From Eledone cirrhosa (Eukaryota), in NCBI GenBank assembly GCA_964016885.1, contig OZ024760.1, positions 33,542,001 through 33,606,000 on the forward strand: a DNA stretch of 64,000 nt, read 5' to 3'. A program made the translations under genes and the position numbers. Shown here in pieces: positions 62,801 through 64,000 of this stretch. How positions within the stretch are numbered: position 1 is the stretch's first letter; each line of letters starts with the position of its first letter. The notes beneath the pieces are model-generated. The model saw only the letters and a list, made by a program, of their open reading frames with translations. It was not told where the DNA came from and did not search any database.

Positions 62801-64000
62801 TGGCAATAAATACATCTGGTGTGTCGTATGGGTGTAGATGTTGGCAATAAATACATCTGGTGTGTCGTATGGGTGTAGATGTTGGCAATAAATAGATCTG
62901 GTATGTTGTATGGGTGTAAATGTTGGCAATAAATAGATCTGGTGTGTTGTAGGGTGTAGATGTTGGCAATAAATAGATCTGGTGTGTTGTATGGGTGTAG
63001 ATGTTGGCAATAAATAGATCTGGTGTGTTGTATGGGTGTAGATGTTGGCAATAAATAGATCTGGTGTGTTGTAGGGTGTAGATGTTGGCAATAAATAGAT
63101 CTGGTGTGTTGTATGGGTGTAAATGTTGGCAATAAATAGATCTGGTGTGTTGTAGGGTGTAGATGTTGGCAATAAATAGATCTGGTGTGTTGTATGGGTG
63201 TAAATGTTGGCAATAAATAGATCTGGTGTGTTGTAGGGTGTAGATGTTGGCAATAAATAGATCTGGTGTGTTGTATGGGTGTAGATGTTGGCAATAAATA
63301 CATCTGGTGTGTCGTATGGGTGTAGATGTTGGCAATAAATAGATCTAGTATGTTGTATGGGTGTAAATGTTGGCAATAAATAGATCTGGTGTGTTGTAGG
63401 GTGTAGATGTTGGCAATAAATAGATCTGGTGTGTTGTATGGGTGTAGATGTTGGCAATAAATAGATCTGGTGTGTTGTATGGGTGTAGATGTTGGCAATA
63501 TATAGATCTGGTGTGTTGTAGGGTGTAGATGTTGGCAATAAATAGATCTGGTGTGTTGTATGGGTGTAAATGTTGGCAATAAATAGATCTGGTGTGTTGT
63601 AGGGTGTAGATGTTGGCAATAAATAGATCTGGTGTGTTGTATGGATGTAAATGTTGGCAATAAATAGATCTGGTGTGTTGTAGGGTGTAGATGTTGGCTA
63701 TAAATAGATCTGGTGTGTTGTAGGGGTGTAGATGTTGGCAATAAATAGATCTGGTGTGCTGTATGGGTGTAGATATTGGCAATAAATAGATCTGGTGTGT
63801 TGTAGGGGCGTAGATCTTGGCAATAAATAGATCTGGTGTGTTGTATGGGTGTAGATGTTGGCAATAAATAGATCTGGTGTGTTGTAGGGGTGTAGATGTT
63901 GGCAATAAATAGATCTGGTGTGTTGTAGGGGTGTAGATGTTGGCAATAAATAGATCTGGTGTGTCGTAGGGGTGTAGATGTTGGCAATAAATACATCTGG
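26826..64000. repeat. 41-bp satellite array (>37 kb, ~900 monomers, runs off the window), consensus GATCTGGTGTGTTGTATGGGTGTAGATGTTGGCAATAAATA, with 39-40-bp variants and higher-order duplications
   Basis: Direct inspection; identical ORF sets recur at fixed offsets 1429, 4079, 6936, 11831 and 18767 bp. Confidence 0.98.

Noticed and set aside
26742-63996. Very long minus-strand ORFs (up to 2510 aa) as protein-coding genes
   Set aside because: All three frames give the same peptide, the monomer is 41 bp with frequent 1-2-bp indels, most starts are non-ATG, and there are no domain signatures: translation artefact of a satellite.
26826-64000. 41-mer derived from an upstream EGF exon (YCQH resembles an EGF end) by analogy with the 28-mer
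   Set aside because: No donor GT follows that motif and the far end of the array is outside the window, so it is unsupported here.
26826-64000. Telomeric or confirmed centromeric repeat
   Set aside because: No (TTAGGG)n tract; centromere identity cannot be inferred from sequence alone.

Overview
AT-rich, microsatellite- and transposon-laden metazoan genomic DNA; the SINE types and (TA)n/(TATG)n density suggest an octopod cephalopod (inference). Positions 1-26.0 kb contain 14 phase-compatible coding exons (2191 nt, ~730 aa) on the minus strand. They belong to a large extracellular multidomain gene (EGF x5 - pentraxin/LamG - HYR - sushi-like - spacer - GCC2/GCC3 ephrin-receptor-like, the order seen in Uninflatable-type proteins); both gene ends lie outside the window. 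The introns hold CR1, RTE, Tx1/L1 and R4/Dong-like LINE fragments, two DD37D maT transposons, MITEs, two tRNA-derived SINE families, fold-back elements with minimal hammerhead-ribozyme motifs (Penelope-like pLTR type), and a ~6 kb 28-bp minisatellite whose unit is a copy of the neighbouring exon's own 5' splice junction. From 26.8 kb to the window end is a >37 kb 41-bp satellite with nested higher-order duplications (1429, 4079, 6936, 11831 and 18767 bp), apparently inside one intron of the same gene. Its long ORFs are artefacts of a stop-free monomer.
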